A stretch of 64,000 nt of DNA, taken from Promethearchaeota archaeon. GTDB taxonomy: Archaea > Asgardarchaeota > Lokiarchaeia > Sigyniarchaeales > SOKP01. Positions 1-9,990 of the stretch are shown one piece after another. Numbering within the stretch: the stretch's first letter is position 1; each line of letters begins with the position of its first letter. Where the stretch lies: positions 50,489 to 114,488 of the forward strand of contig JBHLMQ010000005.1 of NCBI GenBank assembly GCA_048938005.1, read 5' to 3'. A program made the position numbers and the translations under genes. Below the pieces are notes generated by a model. It saw nothing but the letters and a program-made list of their open reading frames with translations. It searched no databases and was not told the origin of the DNA.

Positions 1-815
1 CCTTCAATATCTGGACGTAATTCTTTTCTTTGAGCAATGCTTTCCTTCTGACGATCAATCATGAAAGCTTTTTCTCCTAATGATTTTTCAATTTTTTCTC
101 TAGTACCTTCAATATCTGGACGTAATTCTTTTCTTTGAGCAATGCTTTCCTTCTGACGATCAATCATGAAAGCTTTTTCTCCAACTGATTTCCCAATTTT
201 ATCTCCAGTGCCTTCAATATCTGGATGTAATTCCCTTCTCTGTTCATTAAGTTCGCGTAGTTTTTTAACTCGAAATGCTTTTTCACCAATTGATTTTTCA
301 ATTTTCTCTCCGGCACCCTCAATGTCAGGATGCATACCAATACGCTGTTCATTAAGTTCACGTGATTTTTCAACCCGAAATGCCTTTTCTCCTATCGATT
401 TCTCAATTTTATCTCCCATACCTTCAATATCTGGACGTAATTCCTTCCTTTGTATATCAAGTTCCCGTAATTTTCCAACTCGAAATGCTTTTTCACCAAT
501 CGATTTTTCAATTTTCTCTCCGGCACCCTCAATATCAGGATGCATACCAATACGTTGTTCATCAAGTTTACGTAATTTTTCAACCCGAAATGCTTTTTCT
601 CCTATCGATTTTTCAATTTTATCTCCAGTACCTTCAATATCTGGATGAATTTCCCTTCTCTCTTCATCAAGTTTTCTCTGTTTTTCTATGCGAAAGGCTT
701 TTTCCCCTACTGATTTTTCTATTTTTTCGGCAGTACCTTCCATATCAGGATGTAATTCTTTTAATTGGATGGTAGTTTCTTTTTGACGATCAATTCTAAA
801 TGCTTTCTCATCAAT
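1..815. repeat. 105-bp coding tandem repeat, about 8 units visible
   Basis: ccttcaatat-like anchor recurs at about 1, 106, 211, 316, 421, 526, 631 and 736; the units at 1-105 and 106-210 are nearly identical. Confidence 0.95.
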
Positions 816-983
816 CAAATCTGAAATTTGTTTTTTTACCTCTTCAAAAATTTTTTTTCTCTCTTCTTCAGTGCTTTTTAAATATGCTTCTCTTTCTTCT
901 TTTTTTCTCTTATAAAGCTCGCCAACAAGTTTCTTTTGTTGTTCTATTTCTTCACTAGATAAAGGTTTTTCATTTTCACCCAA
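1..983 (-). CDS. Partial (3' end outside window) protein made of 35-aa tandem repeats
   Basis: Manual translation from TTG at 983 (in-frame GTG at 992) is open to the window edge: MGENEKPLSSEEIEQQKK... then repeats of HPDIEGTGDKIEKSIGEKAFRVEKLRKLDEQRIGM. Missing from the ORF track because its stop is outside the window. Confidence 0.85.
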   Translation of the reverse strand, partial: MGENEKPLSSEEIEQQKKLVGELYKRKKEEREAYLKSTEEERKKIFEEVKKQISDLIDEKAFRIDRQKETTIQLKELHPDMEGTAEKIEKSVGEKAFRIEKQRKLDEERREIHPDIEGTGDKIEKSIGEKAFRVEKLRKLDEQRIGMHPDIEGAGEKIEKSIGEKAFRVGKLRELDIQRKELRPDIEGMGDKIEKSIGEKAFRVEKSRELNEQRIGMHPDIEGAGEKIEKSIGEKAFRVKKLRELNEQRRELHPDIEGTGDKIGKSVGEKAFMIDRQKESIAQRKELRPDIEGTREKIEKSLGEKAFMIDRQKESIAQRKELRPDIE

Positions 984-1130
984 TATTCTCACTTTTAAGA
1001 AATTATTGAAATTTTTTTAAATATAATATCAAAATTCGTATTTAATAATTTTTATGTTTGAATCTTAATTTAGTTTTATACTAAAGAATGTATAATATTA
1101 ATGAACAGAATTTATCAAACTTTTCGTAAG

Positions 1131-1880
1131 TTATTTTATGGGGATGGGCTCAAAAGAATCATCTGGAAAATGTTTTATGAGACTTAACATTGTTAATTTC
1201 ATTGTAAGCATTTCCATAACTTCCATTTCTAATTTTCTTGTTTTTTCAGATTCTTTTGTTAGGTTATATTTAGTAATTAATCTTTCGAATTCTTGTTTTA
1301 AAAGTTCTTGCAACTCATCTTGGTTATCTAAACTGATATCTTGAGTTTTGAACCACATATCAATTTCATTTTTAATTTGAATCCCCGTACTATTAACTAA
1401 ATTATAGGTTACTTCAACTTCCTTTAGATTTTCTAGATTTTTGATATAATTCTCGTCCTGATAAATTGGTTTAAGTAATAATCCAAGATTCATAATTAGA
1501 GGTTGTAATTGAAGTTTTTCTAATGAATCTGCTAAAAATTTAAAAACTTGATCTTTTTGCGTTATTTTGGAATAGTTGATATATTCTTGGACAAAATGCA
1601 TGATTGAATTTTTTACTAATAATTCTTCAAAATCAAAGATAGAATCAGGTTTAATTTCAAGAGTTTTATTAATACAATTATATACTGAGTCCATGAAAGG
1701 TTTAATTTCTTTAAACATAGAAAATTTATTTACAAAATTTAGAATGTCGCCTAAAATTTCGAGTTTATTCCTATCTGGCTCCGTCTGATAATATTCATTA
1801 ATGTTTCGTTCCAAATCGAAATTCTCATCAGAAATTGATAAGAGTTGCTTTACTTCAGAATAAATAGAACTTAAATCCAC
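1131..1880 (-). CDS. Hypothetical alpha-helical protein
   Basis: 249-aa ORF, no recognisable motif. Confidence 0.7.
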   Translation of the reverse strand: MDLSSIYSEVKQLLSISDENFDLERNINEYYQTEPDRNKLEILGDILNFVNKFSMFKEIKPFMDSVYNCINKTLEIKPDSIFDFEELLVKNSIMHFVQEYINYSKITQKDQVFKFLADSLEKLQLQPLIMNLGLLLKPIYQDENYIKNLENLKEVEVTYNLVNSTGIQIKNEIDMWFKTQDISLDNQDELQELLKQEFERLITKYNLTKESEKTRKLEMEVMEMLTMKLTMLSLIKHFPDDSFEPIPIK

Positions 1881-1950
1881 AATAATTTATTTGTTAAATA
1901 TCTTTAAAAAAATTTATTTATTTTAGAGAAAAAAACTAAGAAAATTTATT

Positions 1951-3288
1951 TTAGAAAACTATTGAAATTAATGCGTTAGTGCCATGTTTTTGAGCTTCCT
2001 GAAGAATTTTCATAGTTTCTTCATATGATAAAGGGGATAAATCAAATACACTCATACCAGCTAATTTAAGTTCGGCTTTAATTGTTTCTGCTAAATTATT
2101 ACAATCACCTGAAAAAAAAATATTTTTCCTACCAAATTCCTTTCTAAGATCTTTTCCAACTTCGTTTATGGCACAATAACCTGCTATCAATCCTTTAGTA
2201 TATCCTTCTGATTTCAATTGCTCGATTAGATCATCATCATGTCCTTTTCCCATTACTATAAACCATCCCCCTTTGAATTTTTCTGAATAATCATAAGCTA
2301 TACTTTGTAAAAAGATTAATGGATTGTCTTGACAACCCTCTCTACACAATAAATCTTTACCTTTTATAATTTTTATATCTTCAGGAAATTTTTGGAGCAA
2401 ATTCCACTCATAAATTTCTTTATATTCTTCCAAATCCTTTCCAACAACTTTAATTTTACTCAAATTACCTTCTCCTAATCCTCTTTCAGATGCTAATTTT
2501 AAATGTGGAATTTTATCAATCGTTAAGCCAAAAATTCTTGCTCCAACAACATCAACAGCTAAAGGATCAGTACCTCCAATAAGGATCTTAAATGGAATTA
2601 CCAATTTATCTTCCCAAGCTGTAGGAGGATAATGCCCATGAATAGTTCCCTCAATGCCATCTATGATAGTTATATCTGGTTTCAATATTTCGAACAAATC
2701 AATGAGTTTTGAATGCAAGTTAAAATTATGATCTTTTCCGCGATCTGCATGATCAGGAAAACCCCACTGATTTTTTATACCTAGTGTAACCCCTGCCATA
2801 GAATGAGTTTTAAGTTTTGGGATATTAATATATGTTATTGAATCTCTGTTTTTTATAATTCTAACAACTGTTTGTGGTAATCTGAAAGTCATTAAATTAT
2901 ATCCTTTAGGATCTTCTTTTACTGAAGGTTTACCTTTAAATTCAAACGTTTCTGTATCTTCTTCATCCAAGTAAATAATATTTACTCCAGTTTTCTCACA
3001 TACATCTTTATAACCATTTACAGCAAAAACAAGGCGTGTAAAATTCCCTTGTGTTGAGTTTTCCATGACATAAATAACCGCTCCTTTCTCTTTCAGATAA
3101 AAAATAACAGCTTCTAACACTTCTGGGGATGTATATGAATGTTTTTTAAAATCAATACCATTAACTTTAATATAAACTTCTTTTGAACTTTTTAGAATAG
3201 ATTTTCCAGAATTCTCAATCTGATCGAGAATTCGAGTTACTGCTGATAAAATCCCTTGGTTAGTATCTTCAATATATACTTCTATCAT
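1951..3288 (-). CDS. DUF362 family putative Fe-S protein
   Basis: VYIKVN, TSPEVLEAV, INIPKLKTH, TLGIKNQWG and DPLAVD motifs; C-terminal Cys residues (CREGC, GYCA, GDC). Confidence 0.8.
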   Translation of the reverse strand: MIEVYIEDTNQGILSAVTRILDQIENSGKSILKSSKEVYIKVNGIDFKKHSYTSPEVLEAVIFYLKEKGAVIYVMENSTQGNFTRLVFAVNGYKDVCEKTGVNIIYLDEEDTETFEFKGKPSVKEDPKGYNLMTFRLPQTVVRIIKNRDSITYINIPKLKTHSMAGVTLGIKNQWGFPDHADRGKDHNFNLHSKLIDLFEILKPDITIIDGIEGTIHGHYPPTAWEDKLVIPFKILIGGTDPLAVDVVGARIFGLTIDKIPHLKLASERGLGEGNLSKIKVVGKDLEEYKEIYEWNLLQKFPEDIKIIKGKDLLCREGCQDNPLIFLQSIAYDYSEKFKGGWFIVMGKGHDDDLIEQLKSEGYTKGLIAGYCAINEVGKDLRKEFGRKNIFFSGDCNNLAETIKAELKLAGMSVFDLSPLSYEETMKILQEAQKHGTNALISIVF

Positions 3289-3372
3289 ATTCTTATCATA
3301 TTTTTTTTAATAATACTATCTTAAAATTGGGACCTTATATCATTTTACTCCTTTTGAATTATTAAAAAATGT

Positions 3373-3458
3373 ATGTGACCGTTATGATCATATTTAAATA
3401 TGAGATTTTATTTTTCATTATTATATGATCAAAATGGTCATATGATCATTTATAAATA
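3373..3458. promoter_or_regulatory. Pair of inverted 21-bp boxes (candidate operator) followed by a TATA-like element
   Basis: atgtgaccgttatgatcatat (3373-3393) and atatgatcaaaatggtcatat (3423-3443) match 18/21 as reverse complements; tttataaata lies at 3449-3458. Confidence 0.55.
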
Positions 3459-3483
3459 TAAAATAAAAAAAGAGTGTTTCAAT

Positions 3484-4233
3484 TTGTTTAAAAAATTTGA
3501 AAATTCAAATGACTTTGATCCATTTAGAATGCCTAAACCCTTGGAATATCAAGGAAATCTACCTCCGGGTGGGCAATCTCCTCATGAAGGACCAAAATCA
3601 CCATTTGGTTTCCCACCATTTTTCGGACCAAAACATCATTTCAGACCACCTTTACCAATGACATACGAATCTTTCAAAGAAATTAGATATTTCATGATTT
3701 TGATGATACTTGCTGATAATCCAAAAGGTATTACTGGTTATCAACTTCAAGAGAAATTTCATATTCCCAGAGGAAATCTATTAAGGATTATGGATGAATT
3801 AGCAGAAATGAATTATGTATCAACGTCAGAATCAGTTATAAAAGGAAGAGCTCAAAAATTTTTCATTTTATCAGAAAAGGGAAAAAAATATCTTCATCAA
3901 TTAAAGGAGAAATGGGCAGAACGCTTCGCACAAATATCAGAAATAGCAGCACCAAACATGTTTGGAAGTTTATTTATCAAAAAAGGATTGGATATGATTT
4001 TAACAAGTCAGATAGATCTCTTAGAATCAAAGGAAGATGCTTTAGATCTTCTAGGAGGATTAAGATTAGCAGCAAAAAATTTTATGGCTAGGATAACCGA
4101 CAGATTAAATCACCTAAAAAACGCAAAATCTGCTTTAGATTCATTAATTCGAAAAATAGAAAAAATAGATGAACCAAGTATAGAGGAAATTAAAAATTTA
4201 ATAAGTGAATTCAAGAATAATTTAGAAATATAA
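3484..4233 (+). CDS. PadR-family winged-helix regulator with Pro/Phe-rich N-terminus and coiled-coil C-terminus
   Basis: ILMILADNPKGITGYQL...RAQKFFILSEKGKKYL is PadR-like. The track start at 3400 lies in the promoter region; TTG 3484 or a later ATG is more likely. Confidence 0.8.
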   Translation: MFKKFENSNDFDPFRMPKPLEYQGNLPPGGQSPHEGPKSPFGFPPFFGPKHHFRPPLPMTYESFKEIRYFMILMILADNPKGITGYQLQEKFHIPRGNLLRIMDELAEMNYVSTSESVIKGRAQKFFILSEKGKKYLHQLKEKWAERFAQISEIAAPNMFGSLFIKKGLDMILTSQIDLLESKEDALDLLGGLRLAAKNFMARITDRLNHLKNAKSALDSLIRKIEKIDEPSIEEIKNLISEFKNNLEI

Positions 4234-4266
4234 TTATAAAAAAAGGGGAAAAAGAAGAAGAGTCAA

Positions 4267-5382
4267 ATGAAATTACAAGAATATGAAAGAGAAATCCCAA
4301 AAAAGGAATCATCCGAGGAAAGAATCAGTCCTAAAAAAGCGATGAAAGACAATTCTGAAATTGTTATAAAACTGGAAAATTTAACCAAAAAGTTCGGTAA
4401 TTTTACCGCAGTAAATGAAATTAATCTTGAAGTATGCAGGGGTGAAACAATAGGGCTAGTCGGTCCCAATGGTGCTGGAAAAACAACTACAATTAAAATG
4501 ATTGCTAAGATTTTGAGACCAAATTCAGGGAGAATATTAATTAACACAAATCATAATGAATTAGAAGATTTACAGAAGGTTTCTAGTACAATAACCCAAA
4601 TTGGATTTTTAATTGATATACCAAATTTTTATAATATGACTGCGAATCAACTACTTAAGTATTTTGCTAAACTTCAAAATTACCCAAAAGATAAAATAGA
4701 TGATAGAATTGATGAACTCTTAGCACTTTTTAAACTTTCTAAATGGAAGCATGAAAATGTAAAAACTTTTTCTAAAGGTATGACGCAGAAGCTAGGAATT
4801 ATTCAAGCTCTGATACATGATCCAGAAATTATAATATTAGACGAACCACAAACAGGTTTGGATCCATTAGCGCGTGTTGAAATACGGAGATATATAAGAG
4901 AGCTTCAATCGCTCGGAAAGACAATATTCGTAGCATCCCATATGTTATATGAAATTTCGGAAGTATGTGATAAAATTGCTTTAATCAATTATGGCTCTAT
5001 AATTGGATTTGATACCGTAGAGAAATTAGCACTTACTCTAAAAACCAGTGAATTAAATTGCGTATTACTTAAACCCCTAATCCCAAGTGAATTAGAACCG
5101 TTGTTGAATCGATTAACTGAAAGACTTAACCGTTATTTAGACCAAGATTTAGATCCAAAGATTTCAAAAATTCCAGTGAAGTATTATCCTGACCAACAAG
5201 GGTTGAAAATTTATTATGATGGGACAAAAGAATCAAAGGGAGAAATTTTGAAAATAATGGTAAAGGAATTTGAATCAGACTTTACATTGATTTCTTTTAC
5301 AGAACCAAAAACATCTCAATTAGAAAGAGTATATGCAAAAATGGTAAAAAATAATGAAATAAATAAGAATGGAGGGGTATAG
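4267..5382 (+). CDS. ABC-2 type transporter ATP-binding protein
   Basis: Walker A GPNGAGKTT, signature FSKGM, Walker B IIILDEP, H-loop VASH. Confidence 0.95.
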   Translation: MKLQEYEREIPKKESSEERISPKKAMKDNSEIVIKLENLTKKFGNFTAVNEINLEVCRGETIGLVGPNGAGKTTTIKMIAKILRPNSGRILINTNHNELEDLQKVSSTITQIGFLIDIPNFYNMTANQLLKYFAKLQNYPKDKIDDRIDELLALFKLSKWKHENVKTFSKGMTQKLGIIQALIHDPEIIILDEPQTGLDPLARVEIRRYIRELQSLGKTIFVASHMLYEISEVCDKIALINYGSIIGFDTVEKLALTLKTSELNCVLLKPLIPSELEPLLNRLTERLNRYLDQDLDPKISKIPVKYYPDQQGLKIYYDGTKESKGEILKIMVKEFESDFTLISFTEPKTSQLERVYAKMVKNNEINKNGGV

Positions 5383-5386
5383 AAAA

Positions 5387-6238
5387 ATGCAAAATAGAAC
5401 CGAAAGTAGTATTGGTATAAAGCCGATTTTTTATACGACTATATTTGAAATAAAGAAACAAAGAAAGAAGTTTTATTTCTTTTCAATAGTTGCAATCTTG
5501 GTTGCAGTTTTAGTAGGGTATATACTGCAATTAATACCAGGCTATCTTCTATCAAGTACACAAGCCGAATTCTTTAATGATGGTTTACAATTTATTTCAT
5601 TCTTAACCCTATTTGCTGCGTGTTTATTTTTCTCTGGAATTATTTGCTCTGAATTCAATAAAAAAACTGGTTTTATTGTCTTCCCAAAAATTAACAAATA
5701 TAAATTAATACTAGGTAAATATCTTGGAAATCTAGTTTTAGTCGTTGCTATAATTACCATTTTTTACTTTGTATTAGGATTACTAGGATTTTTCTATTAT
5801 GGTGGACCAATTAACATCCGATTTTTTTATTCTTACGGTATTGCGATATTATATATAATAGCTCTAAGTAGTTTTGTTACATTTTTTAGTTCATTTATGA
5901 GAAGTGTAAATCTTACAATCATTTCTACTTTACTAATTCTTCTTATTGGTTTTAATATAGCTGATCAGATTGTTACATTTGTATTTGCAGAAAATTTTGA
6001 ACCTTTATATTCTTTAGCATATTTAGGTAAGCTCATAACTGGGATACTCGAATATCCCTTTCCAGATCCGAGATATGGTGAAGTATCATTTCCTGGAGGT
6101 TTTGGTGGACCAATGTCGGAATTTACATTGGGTCAATGGATAACACCCAGTATTGGAATGGGGATAACATTGTTAATTGTGTTTATTGTTGCTTTTTTCA
6201 TCTTAGCTGCATTACTATTTAAACGGAGGCAATTATAA
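5387..6238 (+). CDS. ABC-2 type transporter permease
   Basis: About six hydrophobic segments, follows the ATPase; ATG 5387 after GGAGG is favoured over the track start 5369. Confidence 0.85.
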   Translation: MQNRTESSIGIKPIFYTTIFEIKKQRKKFYFFSIVAILVAVLVGYILQLIPGYLLSSTQAEFFNDGLQFISFLTLFAACLFFSGIICSEFNKKTGFIVFPKINKYKLILGKYLGNLVLVVAIITIFYFVLGLLGFFYYGGPINIRFFYSYGIAILYIIALSSFVTFFSSFMRSVNLTIISTLLILLIGFNIADQIVTFVFAENFEPLYSLAYLGKLITGILEYPFPDPRYGEVSFPGGFGGPMSEFTLGQWITPSIGMGITLLIVFIVAFFILAALLFKRRQL

Positions 6239-6255
6239 AAATAGGTGAAATAAAA

Positions 6256-7239
6256 TTGCAAAGAAATAAGAAAATTATTAGTTTTTATATTACCTATGTT
6301 TTAGTTTTAGGGATTATATTAATGAGCATTAGTTCTTCGGTGTATGCTACTAATTATGAAATTGGTTTATCGAAGGGAACTGATGTTTTAACGGTAAAGC
6401 AATATAATGAAACCGCTTGGAAAAATACTGTAAATTTTTCTTCATCACCTAATAAGTGGTTTGATGGAGAAGCTAATATAACAGGGGCTCAAAGTAAAAT
6501 TACAATTAAAGGATGGAATTCTGTTATATGGGAAACATATGATCTATTTGTTTCATTATTTTTACCGTCATTATTCGAATCTCAAGAGATTACTCCATTA
6601 TTATTGTTAATGGGTTCTCAAGGATATAATGAAACCAACATAAACAATAATTACACAAATAGTTATAATCTATGGATTGGTCTAAAAGCTTTATGGAATT
6701 TTACAGTTGGAAACTTTAAAGAGGAGCCAACAATTGATAATGATTTAATTTTAATTCTACAAAATCCATCAGACATCGACGATATTCTTAATGACTATAA
6801 TGACTTATCAACTGAACTCAATAGCAATCCTGCAATTCAAATGTCAGGATACACATTTCCCATCTTAGATTCGGATGAATTTTTATGGCTATTTATCTTT
6901 AATGGACTAGCATTAGGCACTCCCTCTGGTCCATATCTAGTAGACCTCATTACTACACTTAATTGCCAAAACGCTACAGTTAATAATAATCTTCTTATAA
7001 TAAATCGTGTTGGTGAAACAAACTATACAGTAGAAATCACTTATGGTAGTGAAGGAACTATATCATTATTCACAGTAAAAGATATTAGTGATAATATTAT
7101 ATACCAAATTGTCAGTAGAAATTCAGAATGGATTTTTTATACGATAATTATCACTTTGGTAATTTGTATTGGAGGACTAAGTGTTTACTTAATATTCAGA
7201 AAACGGAAGATTAACAGAATAAGGAATAGGAATAATTAA
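6256..7239 (+). CDS. Secreted protein with C-terminal membrane anchor
   Basis: N-terminal signal-like segment, many N-x-S/T sequons, C-terminal TM helix followed by a basic tail. Confidence 0.8.
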   Translation: MQRNKKIISFYITYVLVLGIILMSISSSVYATNYEIGLSKGTDVLTVKQYNETAWKNTVNFSSSPNKWFDGEANITGAQSKITIKGWNSVIWETYDLFVSLFLPSLFESQEITPLLLLMGSQGYNETNINNNYTNSYNLWIGLKALWNFTVGNFKEEPTIDNDLILILQNPSDIDDILNDYNDLSTELNSNPAIQMSGYTFPILDSDEFLWLFIFNGLALGTPSGPYLVDLITTLNCQNATVNNNLLIINRVGETNYTVEITYGSEGTISLFTVKDISDNIIYQIVSRNSEWIFYTIIITLVICIGGLSVYLIFRKRKINRIRNRNN

Positions 7240-7285
7240 TTCTAATTTTTTTTATTATTTTTTAATAATATAAAGGAGGAAAAAA

Positions 7286-7354
7286 ATGATATTTGAAAAC
7301 AATCTATTAATTGGTTTAGGGATTATCCCAGCAACATTAATTATCCCTACTTAA
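7286..7354 (+). CDS. Possible 22-aa hydrophobic peptide (MIFENNLLIGLGIIPATLIIPT)
   Basis: Strong AAGGAGG ribosome-binding site just upstream of the ATG; could be a gene remnant. Confidence 0.35.
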   Translation: MIFENNLLIGLGIIPATLIIPT

Positions 7355-7416
7355 GGCGTTTTATAAAATAAAATAAAAAAATATTTTTGGAATTAAAATT
7401 TTAACAAGTTAAGAAA

Positions 7417-8748
7417 ATGACAGAGAATAATAATATAATTGAAGTAAAGAATCTTACTAAAATCTATGAAGATGGAAATGTATTAGCTGTGGATGACATT
7501 AGCTTTAATATAAAAAAAGGTGAAATTCTTGCTTTACTTGGTCCTAATGGAGCTGGGAAAACTACTACAATTAGTATATTAGCAACATTATTATCTGCTA
7601 CAAAGGGCAATGCTTTAGTGAATAATTTCGATATTAATAAAGATCCTGATAAAGTTAGAAAGAGCATTGGTATTGTTTTTCAAGAACCATCCCTAGATGG
7701 TGAAATGAAAGCATGGGAGAATTTAGAATTACATGCAATTCTTTATGGGATGCCGAAAAAAGAGAGACATAAAAAAATACAAGAAGTTCTGAAGTTAGTA
7801 GATCTTGAAGATAGAGCTAATACGTTTGTGAAAAATTATTCTGGAGGGATGAAGAGACGCTTAGAGATTGCTCGAGGGTTAATCCATGAACCAAAAGTAC
7901 TTTTTTTAGATGAACCTACCTTAGGATTAGATCCTCAAACACGAAGAAAAATATGGGATAAGATTCAAGAGTTAAATAAAGGAAATTCAAAAATGACTAT
8001 ATTGATTACCACTCACTATATGGATGAAGCTGATGAGCTTGCTGATAGAATCTGTATTATGGATCATGGAAAAATAATCGCTATGGATACTTCTGAAAAT
8101 CTAAAAAAACAATTAAGTGGAGATGTTATTGATATTATATTTGAAAATTTAGAAGAAAGGTTTAAGATCACTATGCTTATCAATCAAATGAAGGAAATTC
8201 CTGGAGTGAAGAATGTTTCCTTCGGTATGAGCGAAGGAGAACAACCTATAATGCCTAATATGCAACTCCCAAAAGGGATGCCAGGTAACTTTAATCCAGA
8301 AATGATACAAGCACGAATACGAGAGACTTTATCAGATCCAAAGAAATTAATTACAGCTTGGAAAAAGATGCCTATGGCTGCCGGAATGTTTTTAAACGCA
8401 CCTTTAGCAATTAAAAAAAAAATTGCTGAAATGTTTGATGAATCCCTCTTAAATGAAGTGCCAGATAACATAAAAGAAGAGATAAACAGAATTAAGAAAG
8501 GAGAAATTAATGTTGAAGAAGAGCAAGAGCCTTCAATCTCAATTTCTTGCGAAGATGGGGGAAAACAGTTGCCCCTTATTATTCAAAAAATCAATGAAAA
8601 CAAAATAACCATAAAAACGATAAATATGCATCAGCCTACGTTGGAAGATGTGTTTCTCCACTATGTAGGTACTGCGATTCGAGAAGAATCTTCAAATCAT
8701 TTAAAAGATATGAAGAGAAGAATTCAAATGAGGCAATTAAGGAAGTGA
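7417..8748 (+). CDS. DrrA-like ABC exporter ATP-binding protein with internal insertion
   Basis: GPNGAGKTT, YSGGMKRRLEIARGL, LFLDEPT, TTHYMDEA, C-terminal PTLEDVFL. Confidence 0.95.
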   Translation: MTENNNIIEVKNLTKIYEDGNVLAVDDISFNIKKGEILALLGPNGAGKTTTISILATLLSATKGNALVNNFDINKDPDKVRKSIGIVFQEPSLDGEMKAWENLELHAILYGMPKKERHKKIQEVLKLVDLEDRANTFVKNYSGGMKRRLEIARGLIHEPKVLFLDEPTLGLDPQTRRKIWDKIQELNKGNSKMTILITTHYMDEADELADRICIMDHGKIIAMDTSENLKKQLSGDVIDIIFENLEERFKITMLINQMKEIPGVKNVSFGMSEGEQPIMPNMQLPKGMPGNFNPEMIQARIRETLSDPKKLITAWKKMPMAAGMFLNAPLAIKKKIAEMFDESLLNEVPDNIKEEINRIKKGEINVEEEQEPSISISCEDGGKQLPLIIQKINENKITIKTINMHQPTLEDVFLHYVGTAIREESSNHLKDMKRRIQMRQLRK

Positions 8749-8754
8749 TAAAAA

Positions 8755-9552
8755 ATGTCTGATTTAAATCTTGTAAAATCAAAAGTTAGTTATAGTGTAG
8801 TATGGGTGTTAGCCAAAAGAGAATTATTAGAATTTTATAGAAATAAGACAAGATTGATATCATCATTAGTACAAGGCATACTGTTTCTATTTGTATTTAG
8901 TAATGGATTTGGATTCATAGCACCGATCATAGGTGGAACTCAGGTTGATCAAAAAGCTTTTGCGGCTTCAGGGATCTCAGCAATTATAATATTATTTACG
9001 GGAATTTTTGGTGGAATGGGTGTTATGCGAGATAAAATGTTTGGATTTATGAAGGAGTTAATTGTTGCGCCTGTTAGTAGAAGAACATTGATGTTAGGCA
9101 AAACAATAGGTGTAGGTTTGCAAACTCTCATTCAAGTTTGTATTATTGTGTTTTTGAGTCTAGCACTTGGCTATCTTGGATTTGATCTTTCATTAATGTG
9201 GCGTATACCCCTACTTCTTCCAGTAGCTTTATTAGCAAGCATTGGTATAGTAGGGATGGGCCTAACGATTAGTTCTCGTATGAGAGATTTTCAATCTTTT
9301 GGATTAATACAGACCTTTATAGTTATGCCCATGTTTATGTTATCTGGTGCTTTTTTTTCTTTTGATACTGCTGGGCTTTTACAACCAGTAATGATTTTTA
9401 ACCCTTTTACTTATAGTGTTGATCTTTTTAGAGCAGTACTATTAGGGGTATCCTCTTTTCCTGTATGGTTAGATATTTTAGTTATGGCAGCTTTTGGATT
9501 AATATTAATTCTATTGGGAGCACGATCCTTTAATAAAATGCAAGTTAGTTAA
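8755..9552 (+). CDS. DrrB-like ABC-2 permease
   Basis: Multi-TM, PMFMLSGAFF and NPFTYSVDLFR motifs. Confidence 0.92.
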   Translation: MSDLNLVKSKVSYSVVWVLAKRELLEFYRNKTRLISSLVQGILFLFVFSNGFGFIAPIIGGTQVDQKAFAASGISAIIILFTGIFGGMGVMRDKMFGFMKELIVAPVSRRTLMLGKTIGVGLQTLIQVCIIVFLSLALGYLGFDLSLMWRIPLLLPVALLASIGIVGMGLTISSRMRDFQSFGLIQTFIVMPMFMLSGAFFSFDTAGLLQPVMIFNPFTYSVDLFRAVLLGVSSFPVWLDILVMAAFGLILILLGARSFNKMQVS

Positions 9553-9722
9553 AAGTAAGGAATTTATACAATTTTTTTTTATTTTTATTTTGTGATAAGT
9601 ATAAAAATAATTTATAAAAATAGGTTGTTCAATGAATTCTGCTCGAATAATATTTAAGTATTGGTTAAAATCAAAAAGAGCATTTATTTCACAAATTATA
9701 TTTTTATCATTTTCAACAATTT

Positions 9723-9890
9723 TTGTCACATCGCCTTTCAACCATTAAAAATGCTGATCATATAATTGTATTGAATGCTGATAGGAAAGGGATAATAGAA
9801 CAAGGAAATCATGAACAATTAATTGATTTAAACGGAAAATATAAACGTCTATTGGAAATGCAGCGCAGAGACATTGAAATAAATGAATGA
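9723..9890 (+). pseudogene. Orphan C-terminal fragment of an MsbA-type ABC exporter ATPase domain
   Basis: Translates as LSHRLSTIKNADHIIVLNADRKGIIEQGNHEQLIDLNGKYKRLLEMQ (HRLST H-loop); in-frame stop at 9666 and no upstream Walker motifs. Confidence 0.8.
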
Positions 9891-9990
9891 ATAAATTTGT
9901 TTTTAAATTTCGATTATAATTTAATTTTAATAAAACTAAATTAGAATTTTTTTTTATTCTATATTAAATTTCATATATTGGTGCTTTATA

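Noticed and set aside
164-775. Four short overlapping ORFs in the track (164-373, 166-648, 362-775, 392-583)
   Set aside because: Alternative-frame and antisense shadows of the minus-strand repeat gene 1-983.
1-815. Possible CRISPR array
   Set aside because: Units are contiguous 105-bp degenerate coding repeats with no unique spacers; no cas genes in the window.
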